Of a stretch of 64,000 nucleotides of DNA, positions 17,893-27,309 are shown piece after piece. The notes under the pieces were generated by a model. That model was not told the origin of the DNA, made no database searches, and saw nothing but the letters and a program-made list of their open reading frames with translations. Each line of letters opens with the position of its first letter. The first letter of the stretch is position 1. The position numbers and the translations under genes were made by a program. Source of the DNA: an uncultured Sphaerobacteraceae bacterium (GTDB taxonomy: Bacteria > Chloroflexota > Chloroflexia > Thermomicrobiales > UBA6265); assembly GCA_964526965.1 (NCBI GenBank), contig CAZGML010000001.1, positions 19,667-83,666 on the forward strand, given 5' to 3'.

Positions 17893-18632
17893 CTCGGAAT
17901 TTGTACGATAACAGCTACCGTTTCTCGAAATACGTAGCTGAACTCCCCTGCGCTCCAGGGTTCAATCGGACTGTACGGCGTTGGGGAAGTATATGACTCA
18001 AAGCCTACGGCATTGGACATACGCTCGGCCCGGAAGAGATGGAAACCATCGCTCACTATGAGAACGCGTTCGATCCCGTGAGGTTCCGCCACATCGCGCG
18101 CGCCTGTCATGTTCTCCCAGGTATTCCGACCTTCATTTTCCAGCAGGATCACGCTTTCGGGCACGCCCCGCTCCTGGAGCCAGTCGCTGGAAACACCAGC
18201 CTCCGTGTACGGATCGCCCTCTATGCGGCCGCCAGTGACGATAATCCATTCGGCGTGGCCAGACTCATATAACTCAAGGGCGTGTTGCAGACGCCCTTCC
18301 AGGTAGGCACCAGGCGTGCCGTAGTTCTGAGTGGTGCCGAGGACGATAATGGCATCTACCTCACGAGCTTCGTCACCGTGAGCTTCCGCGTAGATCGCCA
18401 CCATGAATCCGAACCCGACAAGCATTGCCGATGCCATCAATACTGCCAGCACGACCACCCACCGACGATGCCCAGCCTTTTCCTGAGCGAAACTCAAATC
18501 GGTATAGCGCTCAAGCGACGGATTCTCGAAACCGTCCGTACGCTGAAAAGGCCACGAACGTTCGGACTTGTGGGAGACCGTTTCCTGATTCGGTCCTTCG
18601 GGACGGTAAGACATCTCGTCAGCCTTGTTCAT
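17880..18632 (-). CDS. DUF218 (YdcF/ElyC/SanA-like) membrane-anchored protein
   Basis: A TM helix WVVVLAVLMASAMLVGFGFMVAIY is followed by DAIIVLGTTQ, ...WIIVTGG... and ...VLIVSDGFHLFRA. Confidence 0.75.
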   Translation of the reverse strand: MNKADEMSYRPEGPNQETVSHKSERSWPFQRTDGFENPSLERYTDLSFAQEKAGHRRWVVVLAVLMASAMLVGFGFMVAIYAEAHGDEAREVDAIIVLGTTQNYGTPGAYLEGRLQHALELYESGHAEWIIVTGGRIEGDPYTEAGVSSDWLQERGVPESVILLENEGRNTWENMTGARDVAEPHGIERVLIVSDGFHLFRAERMSNAVGFESYTSPTPYSPIEPWSAGEFSYVFRETVAVIVQIPRWLF

Positions 18633-18693
18633 AATCAGAAATATGACACCCTCTTCGATTCTCTACAAGAGAGAGCGAGCGAAATCAGCGTCA

Positions 18694-20100
18694 CTAACGT
18701 GCGTTAAGCTGCAATTCGATGACGGGAATGGTCACACCCGGCTTTCTTGTGGGGATAGTGAGGATCACATCACCCGCTTCTTCCGCCATTTCGATTGTCT
18801 GCGGTATAGCGGCTGGATCGGCATCTTTGAACCGGATTTCCGAACCATCGTGGACGAACCGTGCGAAGCTGACCTTTCCCGCCAAGCCTTCCAGATGTAT
18901 GTGTGCCAACGGCCAATTCAGGATATGCAGGTAGAGCCGGTCGTCATGTTGGGTGTACCGACAATCCGGCGGTGGTATGTGCTCGCTGGCCGAGCAGCCG
19001 TGGATCGCCCGGCTGTGGAGTCGCATCCACTCACCTATTATCGCCAGGGTCTCCCGAGCCTCGGGTTGGATCTCGCCGCGCGCATTCGGACCCACATTTA
19101 ACAGCAGGTTGCCACCCTTGCTCACCGTATCGATGAGGAGCGAGAGCAGAAGATCTGGTGACTTCCAGTTGTGATTGTCACGATCGTATCCCCAGCTTCC
19201 ATTGAGCGTTTGGCATGTCTCCCAAATAACGCGCTCGCCGTTGCGTGTTGGCCAACGCTTGGCCTGGTACTCCTCAGGCGTTACGAGATCCGCGCCGTCG
19301 GAATAATCGATGCGATCGTTGAGAATGATCTCCGGCTGCAACTCGCGTGTCATCTCAACGAGAGCGGGCGAATCCCAATCCGCGGCGGAACGCTCTGGCG
19401 GGGTCCAGTCGTACCACATCACATTGATTTTGCCGTAGTTTGTGAGCAGCTCCCGTACCTGCGCGAACATGTACTCGCGGTAGCGATTCCAATCCCGCCC
19501 CTGGTTGAACTCTTCCGGGTCCATTTCCCGCATGGGGTGCGGACTATCCAGCGTGTAATCGGAATGATGCCAATCGATCACGGAATAATAGAACCCTACC
19601 TTGAATCCTTCTGCGCGAAATGCGTCAATCCATTCCCGCAACACATCTCGGCCTGCTGGCGCGTTTGTAACCTTGAAGGCGGTGGTAGCGGTATCCCACA
19701 TCGCGAACCCATCGTGGTGTTTGGCGGTAAAGATCGCGTACTTCATACCGGCAGATTTGGCATGTCGGGCCCAGTCAACGGGGTCGTACAGGTCAGCATC
19801 GAAGTAATTCATATAGCGCCCGTACTCTTCTGTGGTGCGCTTTTCCCGGCTTTGCACCCATTCGTGGCGCGCTGCAACGGAGTAGATTCCCCAATGAATG
19901 AACAAGCCAAATCGGTCGCGAACAAACCACTCCATGTGCTCTGGAACAATCACGTTAATCACCCTTCCCTTTGCGTCAGCCCTGGCCGAAGCTGCTCGCA
20001 CATATACCCGTTGCGCATAGTCGACGCATAAATCAGGGGGTCCGTACACTTGCAGAACATCAGCAATACAACGCACACTCATGATAAGAGGTTTTCGCAT
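18694..20100 (-). CDS. Alpha-L-fucosidase (GH29)
   Basis: FGLFIHWGIYSV, AKHHDGFAMWDT and the YYSVIDWHH pattern are present. The start is uncertain: the candidate ATGs at 20115, 20109, 20100 and 20082 all lack a good SD. Confidence 0.82.
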   Translation of the reverse strand: MRKPLIMSVRCIADVLQVYGPPDLCVDYAQRVYVRAASARADAKGRVINVIVPEHMEWFVRDRFGLFIHWGIYSVAARHEWVQSREKRTTEEYGRYMNYFDADLYDPVDWARHAKSAGMKYAIFTAKHHDGFAMWDTATTAFKVTNAPAGRDVLREWIDAFRAEGFKVGFYYSVIDWHHSDYTLDSPHPMREMDPEEFNQGRDWNRYREYMFAQVRELLTNYGKINVMWYDWTPPERSAADWDSPALVEMTRELQPEIILNDRIDYSDGADLVTPEEYQAKRWPTRNGERVIWETCQTLNGSWGYDRDNHNWKSPDLLLSLLIDTVSKGGNLLLNVGPNARGEIQPEARETLAIIGEWMRLHSRAIHGCSASEHIPPPDCRYTQHDDRLYLHILNWPLAHIHLEGLAGKVSFARFVHDGSEIRFKDADPAAIPQTIEMAEEAGDVILTIPTRKPGVTIPVIELQLNAR

Positions 20101-20136
20101 CTTGCCCATCGGCATCTTGAGGCGCCAGGAGTTCAG

Positions 20137-21378
20137 ATGAACGCACACCCTGTTGCAGGGCAACCACCAGCATCGCGTCGGCGACAGCACTGGTCCAGAC
20201 GCAAGAAAATTGCGGTCTGGATTGTGGCGTTGATGATCTTGACCCCATTCCTGGCTGCCGGTATCTATGTCTGGAACATTACCCGTGCCATCGAAGGGGC
20301 GCAGGACCAGGCCGTTGTTGAGTTGCCAACGAGCATTACCAAGCTCGGTGGTGTCAGCGATGATGATGACGAATCAACCGACGCCACGCCTGAATCCGTT
20401 GCTGACGATTCCGGCAACCACATCACCGAAGACATTGAGCCAACTGCCACGGTGGGGCCAGAGCAATCCTCCTCTTCCAACAACAACCCTTCGGCACTTG
20501 GAATCGCTCGCGACATCATCGGCACCGGTACGCGTGCGGATGTGGTTCGTCCCAGCGAGGCCTGGCCCGATGAAAATCACATCAATGTAATGGTGCTCGG
20601 CGTTGATACACGAGAAGTTGAGGGCGACCAAAACGCTGACGTGATTATGGTGGCGCGAATCGACTTCGTAACCAACGAGGTTCGCGTTGTCTCGATTCCG
20701 CGCGACCTCCAGGTGGAAATACCTGGCCATGGCCTCAGCAAGATCAACGGCGCGTACAACATCGGCGTTAAGGAAGATCCGGACAACAACATCGCCGGCG
20801 TGCTGATGATGCGAGACACCATTGAATACAACTTCGGCGTGCCGATCCACGAATTTGTGTTGGTGGACTTCGAGGGATTTGAGGAAGTCATCGACGCCGT
20901 TGGTGGCATCACAATCGATGTGCCCGAGCGAATTGAAGATGACGCCTACCCCACCGAGGACTTCGGTACGACCACACTCATCATCGAAGAAGGCAAGCAG
21001 GAAATGGACGGTGACACCGCCCTCGCCTATGCCCGCACCCGGCACCAGGATAGTGATGACCATCGACGGGAGCGCCAGATGCTCGTGCTGCGCGCCCTGC
21101 TGGATAAGGGGCAGTCGCTCGGCTCACTCACCCGCGTGACGCAGGTGATTCGCGCCGCCGGTGGCGCCGTGCTCACCAGTTTCGGGTGGGAGAAACAACT
21201 GGCATTGGCCAACATCGCTCTCGACCTCAATCAGCGGGACATCGTGATGGAGAACATCACCGAACCGTTGGTAACCCCGGGTACTTCGGAAGAAGGCGCC
21301 TGGATTTACATCGGGGATCCCGAAGAGCTCGCCGAGTTTATCGATATGGTGCTTTCTGGCGAATCAGCGGACGAGTGA
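20137..21378 (+). CDS. LCP (LytR-CpsA-Psr) family protein
   Basis: Start at ATG 20137 (MNAHPVAG...). A TM helix IAVWIVALMILTPFLAAGIYVW is followed by NVMVLGVDTRE...ADVIMVARID and ...ALAYARTRHQDSDDHRRERQ. Confidence 0.85.
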   Translation: MNAHPVAGQPPASRRRQHWSRRKKIAVWIVALMILTPFLAAGIYVWNITRAIEGAQDQAVVELPTSITKLGGVSDDDDESTDATPESVADDSGNHITEDIEPTATVGPEQSSSSNNNPSALGIARDIIGTGTRADVVRPSEAWPDENHINVMVLGVDTREVEGDQNADVIMVARIDFVTNEVRVVSIPRDLQVEIPGHGLSKINGAYNIGVKEDPDNNIAGVLMMRDTIEYNFGVPIHEFVLVDFEGFEEVIDAVGGITIDVPERIEDDAYPTEDFGTTTLIIEEGKQEMDGDTALAYARTRHQDSDDHRRERQMLVLRALLDKGQSLGSLTRVTQVIRAAGGAVLTSFGWEKQLALANIALDLNQRDIVMENITEPLVTPGTSEEGAWIYIGDPEELAEFIDMVLSGESADE

Positions 21379-22317
21379 CGACACATAGCCGTGTTCGAAC
21401 TTGATCGTGCCGGTCAATCCGCTTTCACCAATCGTTGTGTTCTCGAACACATCCGTAGCGTTTCGCAGGAATTCAACCGGGTCAGTCAATCCCACGCCGA
21501 AATGCGTTAGCCACAGCGCGCCCACCTGCGCATCGCGCGCCAGCGTCGCCGCCTCCCGAAACGTCATATGGCCGCGCTCTGCGGCCGTGTCGGCATCGGC
21601 ATCATCTCCGTGTGTGCCTTCAGCGATGAGGAGATCCACACCAGCCATCAACTCGCGCACAGCATTCGTCGGACGTGTGTCTGTGGCAATGCCGAATGAA
21701 ACACCTTCCCGAGGGCCGGAGAGCACAGCATCAGGGCGTATCACCTCGCCATTCACAGTCACACGTTCGCCCTTCTGCAGCAGGGACCACTGTTCCCTGG
21801 GGATGCCGAGTGCCTCCGCCTTCTGCGGCAGGAAGGCAGGCTGGCGGTCGAGATCGCATCGATACGTGAGGACCGGCCCGCGATGCTTCCCTTCTGCTGC
21901 AGTCACACGTACACCACTCGGAAGGGTGCCTGTATCGCCCTGCCCCAGCTCATGGATATAGACCTCGAACGGCAATTTGCCGACGATGACAAAGAGCCCT
22001 TCCACCACCTGGTATGTCCCCGCCGGACCGAGGATATGCAGCGGCTCGGTTTTGCCGGAATGGGCCAGGGTGTGCATAAGCCCAGGCAAGCCGGCAACGT
22101 GATCGGCATGGAAATGTGTGAGCAATATCGAATCCAGCCGCTTGAAGCCCCAGCCATGTTCGCGCATGGCTACCTGGGTTCCCTCGCCACAGTCGATAAG
22201 ATGCAAATGCGACCCCACTCGAAAGAGGGTGGCCGAAAGGTAGCGATCTGGTAGCGGCATCATGGCTCCTGTTCCCAGGAGCAGCACGTCTATCATAGGT
22301 ACTTTCGCTTGCGCCAA
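21364..22317 (-). CDS. rnz: Ribonuclease Z (MBL fold)
   Basis: LLLGTGAMMP, ...IDCGEGTQ..., ...LLTHFHADHVAGLPGL... and C-terminal THF are present. The start is ATG 22317 or ATG 22296. Confidence 0.85.
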   Translation of the reverse strand: MAQAKVPMIDVLLLGTGAMMPLPDRYLSATLFRVGSHLHLIDCGEGTQVAMREHGWGFKRLDSILLTHFHADHVAGLPGLMHTLAHSGKTEPLHILGPAGTYQVVEGLFVIVGKLPFEVYIHELGQGDTGTLPSGVRVTAAEGKHRGPVLTYRCDLDRQPAFLPQKAEALGIPREQWSLLQKGERVTVNGEVIRPDAVLSGPREGVSFGIATDTRPTNAVRELMAGVDLLIAEGTHGDDADADTAAERGHMTFREAATLARDAQVGALWLTHFGVGLTDPVEFLRNATDVFENTTIGESGLTGTIKFEHGYVSSLVR

Positions 22318-22498
22318 ATGAAGGGCACAGTATACAATCCGGCTGGTTATCCGTAGTGGATACCTTTGCTTTCATCATCTATCAGAAGGGCTCTTAATGC
22401 TACAGACAGTCCTTGTCACGATCGATGCCCTGAAGCGCTAGAGTAGCCAGGTACTCCCCGACTCCTCTTACGTTCACGGCATCGAACCCACGTGATCT

Positions 22499-22524
22499 CC
22501 TCGCACCCCGCGAGGGCGGTTTTG
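22499..22524 (+). terminator. Orphan hairpin plus T-run in the rnz/RNHCP intergenic region
   Basis: cctcgc (22499-22504) pairs with gcgagg (22510-22515), followed by gcggttttg. No plus-strand CDS lies upstream. Confidence 0.3.
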
Positions 22525-22657
22525 TATTGCCTGAACGAAAGAGAGCTTTTTGTGACACAAACCCTTGTGAATGATGCCGCCATGTGCGGCGTACAACTCC
22601 TCGACCCATCGAATTTCGCGTGTTGCGCCGATTACGGCCAACGCCGAGGGTTTGACA

Positions 22658-23122
22658 TTGTCATTCACAGAATACGACTCGGATTACGAGTACGAAACCC
22701 AGGAAAAGTTCCACAAGCGTACCAATTCTTCGCGGTCGGCGCGCAAGCGCACCCGTTTAACACGACCGCCCCGAACAGCAGAAGATCAGGCGTTTCGATG
22801 TGTCCACTGCAAGCAGTGTATTGGCGCACCAATCACTGGTGGCAAACATCGTAACCACTGCCCGAACTGCCTTTGGAGCCGACACGTTGACCTTCGCGTG
22901 CCAGGTGATCGCAAGAGCGATTGCCATGCTGCGATGGAACCGATCGGCAGAATCGTGCGGCGTAATGGTGAACAAGTGCTCTTGCACGAATGTCGCGGGT
23001 GCGGCAAGCAGGATCCGAACAGGATCGCGGCGGACGATAGTCCGCTCCTGCTCATCAGGTTGCCACTGCTCGTGAACCCGGCGGAAAGCATGATTGATAC
23101 AACGGACCAGGAATCTGCCTGA
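22658..23122 (+). CDS. RNHCP-domain zinc-binding protein with a basic N-terminal extension
   Basis: FRCVHCKQCIGAPITGGKHRNHCPNCLWSRHVD...PGDRKSDCHAAMEPIG...LLHECRGCGKQDPNRIAADD matches the RNHCP family signature. The start is uncertain: TTG 22658 (GAGGG 7 nt upstream), TTG 22652, or the track start at 22571. Confidence 0.7.
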   Translation: MSFTEYDSDYEYETQEKFHKRTNSSRSARKRTRLTRPPRTAEDQAFRCVHCKQCIGAPITGGKHRNHCPNCLWSRHVDLRVPGDRKSDCHAAMEPIGRIVRRNGEQVLLHECRGCGKQDPNRIAADDSPLLLIRLPLLVNPAESMIDTTDQESA

Positions 23123-23127
23123 TGTAC

Positions 23128-23160
23128 AGCGGCGAGGGATGAATCCCTCGCCGCTTTTTG
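23128..23160 (+). terminator. Intrinsic terminator after the RNHCP gene
   Basis: An 11-bp stem agcggcgaggg/ccctcgccgct is followed by ttttt. Confidence 0.75.
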
Positions 23161-24108
23161 TTACTTCGGAGGATCGAGCAAAATCCCGTGCACCTTGTAC
23201 CAGCGCAGCAATCCTTGTGCGCCGAGGTAGCTCGGCATGGCAAGCTCCATACTGGCAAGACGCGCTTGCGGATCACTGTCGCCTGAAGCGTATTCGTCCC
23301 GAGTACGATCAAGGATGGCGTCGGTGAGCGGTTCAACATCGTCCAATGATGTCACGATTTCCTCAGCGATTGCGATGCGGCTACGGATGCGCTCTTCAAT
23401 TTGGCCGAGGTGTTCGTCCACGTCAGGGACCCAACCGAAATGCGGCAGCGCCAATGCAGTTGGCTTGAGCCCCCGAATCTTGACGGCTGTAGATTGCCAG
23501 GCGTCAAAATCGAGTTCGATTGGCGCCAGTGTTGGAACGATGACATTTGAGTCGGGAAGTCGTGCATGCGTAGCATCACCGGCAAAAAGCACTCTGTCAT
23601 CGAGATTGAGGTAGGACAAATGTGTGGCGGTATGACCAAGCGTGGCAACTGCCCACAGTTGTGTTCCCGGAACCATATCTCCCGGCATGATGGTATCGAC
23701 GCGATCGGGATCGACGCCGATCACCTCGCCCCAGAGCTGCTCCATACGGTCCCCGAAGCTCCTGGCGGCGCTCTTCAGCAATCGCGACGGGTCTACGAGC
23801 ACCTGGGCAGCATCCTCGTGCACGGTGACACGAAGATGGGGATGATCACGCATCAACGTACCCGCAGCACCGCCGTGGTCGAGGTGAATATGTGTCAGCA
23901 CGATGCGCGAGACATCGCGCATATCAATGCCCGCCTCGGCCACGCCTTTCTCCAACGTCGCCTGCGAGGTGCTCGGGCCACAGTCGATCATCACCCAGCC
24001 ATCTGAACCGCGCACAAGCCAGGTAGCGATAGCCTCTGGAGTTCCCTGAAAGAGTACATCTATAAGAATGTGATCACGGTTGTTACTATTGTTCGAATCG
24101 GTGGTCAC
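23161..24108 (-). CDS. MBL-fold metallo-hydrolase
   Basis: The metal motif VLTHIHLDHGGAAG is present, along with ...GHTATHLSY... and ...FAGDA.... Confidence 0.8.
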   Translation of the reverse strand: MTTDSNNSNNRDHILIDVLFQGTPEAIATWLVRGSDGWVMIDCGPSTSQATLEKGVAEAGIDMRDVSRIVLTHIHLDHGGAAGTLMRDHPHLRVTVHEDAAQVLVDPSRLLKSAARSFGDRMEQLWGEVIGVDPDRVDTIMPGDMVPGTQLWAVATLGHTATHLSYLNLDDRVLFAGDATHARLPDSNVIVPTLAPIELDFDAWQSTAVKIRGLKPTALALPHFGWVPDVDEHLGQIEERIRSRIAIAEEIVTSLDDVEPLTDAILDRTRDEYASGDSDPQARLASMELAMPSYLGAQGLLRWYKVHGILLDPPK

Positions 24109-24188
24109 GGGGCTCTACCTTTCCGGGATTTGGCATATAATCGATAAACATGTTGTTGCATGCTACCAATCAGGGGACGACTTCTTCC

Positions 24189-24512
24189 ATGGACTATACC
24201 GCCAACAATCAGGATGGGTTGAGCGTGGCCGAGGCGGCCCGAATGCTGAATCGCAGCACGGAACAGGTACGACGATACCTCCGCGAAGGCCGACTCGCCG
24301 GTCGGCGAATGGGTGGACAGTGGTTCATTCCCCCTGCTGCGGTGGAGGAGTTCACCGCCAGCAACAATAAGGAGGATCGTTTCCTCCGCGACCTGCGTTC
24401 CGCTGCCCGTTCCAAACCACTCGATGCTGTAATCGGCATCGGAGAAGGTCCGGGATCGGACATCGTCAACGGACTCTCCAGCTACCGCGCCGCCAGCTTG
24501 CATCGCCAGTAA
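24189..24512 (+). CDS. Excisionase-type HTH protein, probable VapB-like antitoxin
   Basis: Start taken at ATG 24189 (MDYTANNQDG). LSVAEAARMLNRSTEQVRRYLREGRLAGRRMGGQWFIPPAAVEEF is an MerR/excisionase-like HTH. The gene ends 10 nt upstream of vapC. Confidence 0.7.
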   Translation: MDYTANNQDGLSVAEAARMLNRSTEQVRRYLREGRLAGRRMGGQWFIPPAAVEEFTASNNKEDRFLRDLRSAARSKPLDAVIGIGEGPGSDIVNGLSSYRAASLHRQ

Positions 24513-24522
24513 AGGACCCTGC

Positions 24523-24933
24523 ATGTCTGACAGTTCCGCTCCGACCCAACCAACCGCGTTTGTTGACGCCAGCGCAATTGTGGCGCTGGTGGATCGCAAC
24601 GATCGCTCACATGAAGATGCAGTGGCCGCGTATCGCGGATTGCAACAGGAGAATTACCGACTTTTCACCACGAACCTCGTGCTTACCGAGGTAGTGCAGC
24701 TACTGAACGACGGCGTTGGAGCCGACGTTGCGAGACAGTTCCTGCGTGACCACAGACTCACCGTCTACCACGCCACCGAAGAAGACGAAGCTCGTGCGCG
24801 GGCCATGGTGATGTCTTCCCGCACGTCGCGCGGGCTGAGCATGGTCGATGCCGTTAGCCTGGTGGTGATGGAGAAGCTCCGGATAGCAGACGCATTTGTG
24901 GTGGATACAACGTTCCTCGCCGAAGCCAATTAG
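24523..24933 (+). CDS. vapC: PIN-domain ribonuclease toxin VapC
   Basis: The conserved acidic positions sit in FVDASAIVAL, TTNLVLTEV and SMVDAVSLVVME. 136 aa. Confidence 0.85.
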   Translation: MSDSSAPTQPTAFVDASAIVALVDRNDRSHEDAVAAYRGLQQENYRLFTTNLVLTEVVQLLNDGVGADVARQFLRDHRLTVYHATEEDEARARAMVMSSRTSRGLSMVDAVSLVVMEKLRIADAFVVDTTFLAEAN

Positions 24934-24939
24934 GAGCGA

Positions 24940-25332
24940 GTGATGGCAGCAGCCAATACCAAAATATGCCCGGATTGCGGCGCAGAAAATGATGCCAACG
25001 ATCTGTTTTGTAAGGATTGTGGAACGAGCATCGCCATGGTGACGGCCGGATCACAACATACGGCCGCGTTCACGCCTGTCGATACAGGCGCAGAAACCCA
25101 AACCACCACCATTGCACCGGCGCCTCCCCCACCGAGCACTTACACAGGTGGGTTCGCGAGCGTGCCGGCCGAGCAGAGCCCAGCATATACCTATACCCCG
25201 CCGCCGGAGAGCATTCGGGGCGCGGTGCTTGGGTGGATCGCCGCGACGATCATCCTGATCATTCTTGCAGCATATCTCTGGTCGAGCGTGATCTCTGATT
25301 CAGCGCGAGACAGTATTACCGGTATTTTCTAA
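24940..25332 (+). CDS. Zinc-ribbon protein with a Pro/Thr-rich linker and a C-terminal TM helix
   Basis: AGGAG lies 6 nt upstream. CPDCGAENDANDLFCKDCG is followed by a linker, then the TM segment VLGWIAATIILIILAAYLW. Confidence 0.65.
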   Translation: MMAAANTKICPDCGAENDANDLFCKDCGTSIAMVTAGSQHTAAFTPVDTGAETQTTTIAPAPPPPSTYTGGFASVPAEQSPAYTYTPPPESIRGAVLGWIAATIILIILAAYLWSSVISDSARDSITGIF

Positions 25333-25853
25333 ACGGGCCACTCGTCAGACGCCAATGTCGCATACGCCTCATCAGCGGCTTTACGAATTTTCGCAGCAAA
25401 CCCGGGATTCGATTCCTGAATCCCGCTCTCAACCAGTTCGTGCTCGTCAAGCAGCGACATCTCGCCGCCAGGCAACTTCACCACATCCAGCCAACAGTCG
25501 ATCCAGGTCAGAAACAACTCACTGCCATCGATTACCGTCAGCATCGGCAACTCGGTCACATTGGCATAATAACCGGACGATTCGCCGTTGCGGCGGAATA
25601 CGTGAAAGATGTTGAAGTGCCGTTCTGGAGAGAAGTACTCGATGATCTGGCCACCATTCTCATAGAGCACGCCATCGACTTCCATGTCTTCCAGTCCCCA
25701 CTCGGCGTAGAAGGCATACCAGCCGGGGTGATCGCTGGTCATGGCCCGGGCCGGGTACATGACGTCCTGTCGGCCCGGGGTGTAATGCGTTTTTATGATG
25801 GTGAGGTCATCGCCTGGCTTCAGCGATTCCCACAGATGCTTATCCTCAGTCAT
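25329..25853 (-). CDS. DUF402 domain protein (nucleoside di/triphosphatase-like)
   Basis: 174 aa. YYANVTELP, ...WIDCWLDVVKLPGGEMSLLDEHEL is the DUF402 core pattern. The ATG overlaps the PMM stop by 1 nt. Confidence 0.72.
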   Translation of the reverse strand: MTEDKHLWESLKPGDDLTIIKTHYTPGRQDVMYPARAMTSDHPGWYAFYAEWGLEDMEVDGVLYENGGQIIEYFSPERHFNIFHVFRRNGESSGYYANVTELPMLTVIDGSELFLTWIDCWLDVVKLPGGEMSLLDEHELVESGIQESNPGFAAKIRKAADEAYATLASDEWPV

Positions 25854-27229
25854 CAGCCGCGCACGAGCCCGAGCACTTCAGCGGTTTTCTGCTCGAGAAT
25901 GTCATCGCCCTCGGCCTCGACATTCAGGCGCAACAATGGCTGCGTGTTGGAGCCTCGCAGGTTGAACCACCAGTCATCGAACCCAACGGTGAGACCATCC
26001 AGGTGGTCGATGGTTGCGCCCTGCTGGGTGTAAAAATCCTCGACCCGCTTCATCACCTCATCGGAATTAGCGACCTCGGAATTGATCTCACCGGAGCGGA
26101 CGCGACTGTCGATCGGCTCAAGCACCTGCGAGAGCGTATCGCTACCTTCAGAGAGAAGCTCCACAACCGTGAGCATGGCGATGAGGCCGCTATCGGCATA
26201 CCAGTTATCGCGGAAGTAGAAGTGGCCGCTATGCTCGCCACCGAAAATCGCATCCTCCTCGCGCATCACCGCCTTGATATAGGAGTGACCAACACGGGCG
26301 CGGATAGCCTTGCCGCCGTTTTCCGTGATGAGTTCCGGTACCGTGCGCGAGCAAATAAGGTTGTAAACGATATGCGAGCCGGGATGCTTTTTCAGCATCT
26401 GCAGGCTGACCATAGCGGTCGTCATATCACCGCCCACGAAAACGCCGTTTTCGTCGATCAGGAACATGCGGTCGGCATCGCCATCAAAGGCGACACCAAG
26501 GTCGCACCCTTGCTCCACCACAGCCCGTTGCAAGTCACGAATGTTCTCCGGCTCGATCGGGTTTGCCTCGTGATTCGGGAAGGTGCCATCCAGCTCGAAG
26601 AAGAGCGGCACGATCTCGATTGGGAGCTTTTCAAATACGGGCGGAACGAGCCTGCCGGCCATACCGTTACCAGCATCAACCGCGATCTTCATCGGCTTGA
26701 TGCGGTTTACATCGATCATGCTGAGTGCATGCTCGGCATATGCCTCCAGGACATCGCGCTCGGTAACTGTGCCTTTCTCACCACGCGGTGCACCGACATC
26801 CCCGCTCACGACCATGTCGCGAATCTCGCCGATGCCAGAGTCCATGGACAACGCCTGCGCCTGATCCTTACTGATCTTGAAGCCGTTGTAGCCGGCCGGG
26901 TTGTGGCTGGCAGTGATCATTACGCCGGCAGGATAGTTGTACTTGCCCACGGCGAAGTAGAGCGTATCCGTGCTGACCAGCCCGATGTCGATCACATCGG
27001 CGCCCTGCTCGGTAATGCCTCGAATGAGCTCGGCCTGAAGTTCCGGGCCGGAAACGCGCATATCGCGACCAACGACGACCGTATCAACATCGAGATGGGC
27101 AACCAGTGCCCGGCCGATGCGATAGGCGACTTCTCCGTCCATCTCCTGCGGCACCAGTCCGCGCACATCGTAGGCCTTGAACAGATCCCCTACAGCGGAA
27201 TCCAGTGGGGCGAGGTTCGAATCAACCAT
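25853..27229 (-). CDS. Phosphomannomutase / phosphoglucomutase
   Basis: The active-site loop MITASHNPAGYNGFK, the metal loop FDGDADRMFLID and GGEHSGH are present. Confidence 0.92.
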   Translation of the reverse strand: MVDSNLAPLDSAVGDLFKAYDVRGLVPQEMDGEVAYRIGRALVAHLDVDTVVVGRDMRVSGPELQAELIRGITEQGADVIDIGLVSTDTLYFAVGKYNYPAGVMITASHNPAGYNGFKISKDQAQALSMDSGIGEIRDMVVSGDVGAPRGEKGTVTERDVLEAYAEHALSMIDVNRIKPMKIAVDAGNGMAGRLVPPVFEKLPIEIVPLFFELDGTFPNHEANPIEPENIRDLQRAVVEQGCDLGVAFDGDADRMFLIDENGVFVGGDMTTAMVSLQMLKKHPGSHIVYNLICSRTVPELITENGGKAIRARVGHSYIKAVMREEDAIFGGEHSGHFYFRDNWYADSGLIAMLTVVELLSEGSDTLSQVLEPIDSRVRSGEINSEVANSDEVMKRVEDFYTQQGATIDHLDGLTVGFDDWWFNLRGSNTQPLLRLNVEAEGDDILEQKTAEVLGLVRG

Positions 27230-27309
27230 GGTTCCTCCTCAAATCGTGATGCAATGAACGACCGGCTGCTTATCGCTCCATGATACCCGGCAAAGGTGTG
27301 GTGCGCGGA

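Noticed and set aside
22400-22668. Two minus-strand ORFs (69 and 64 aa) in the rnz/RNHCP gap
   Set aside because: They have no SD and are basic, low-complexity translations that overlap each other in different frames.
26003-27283. A 426-aa plus-strand ORF
   Set aside because: It is antisense to the phosphomannomutase gene, which has a clear active-site loop. It is a shadow ORF.
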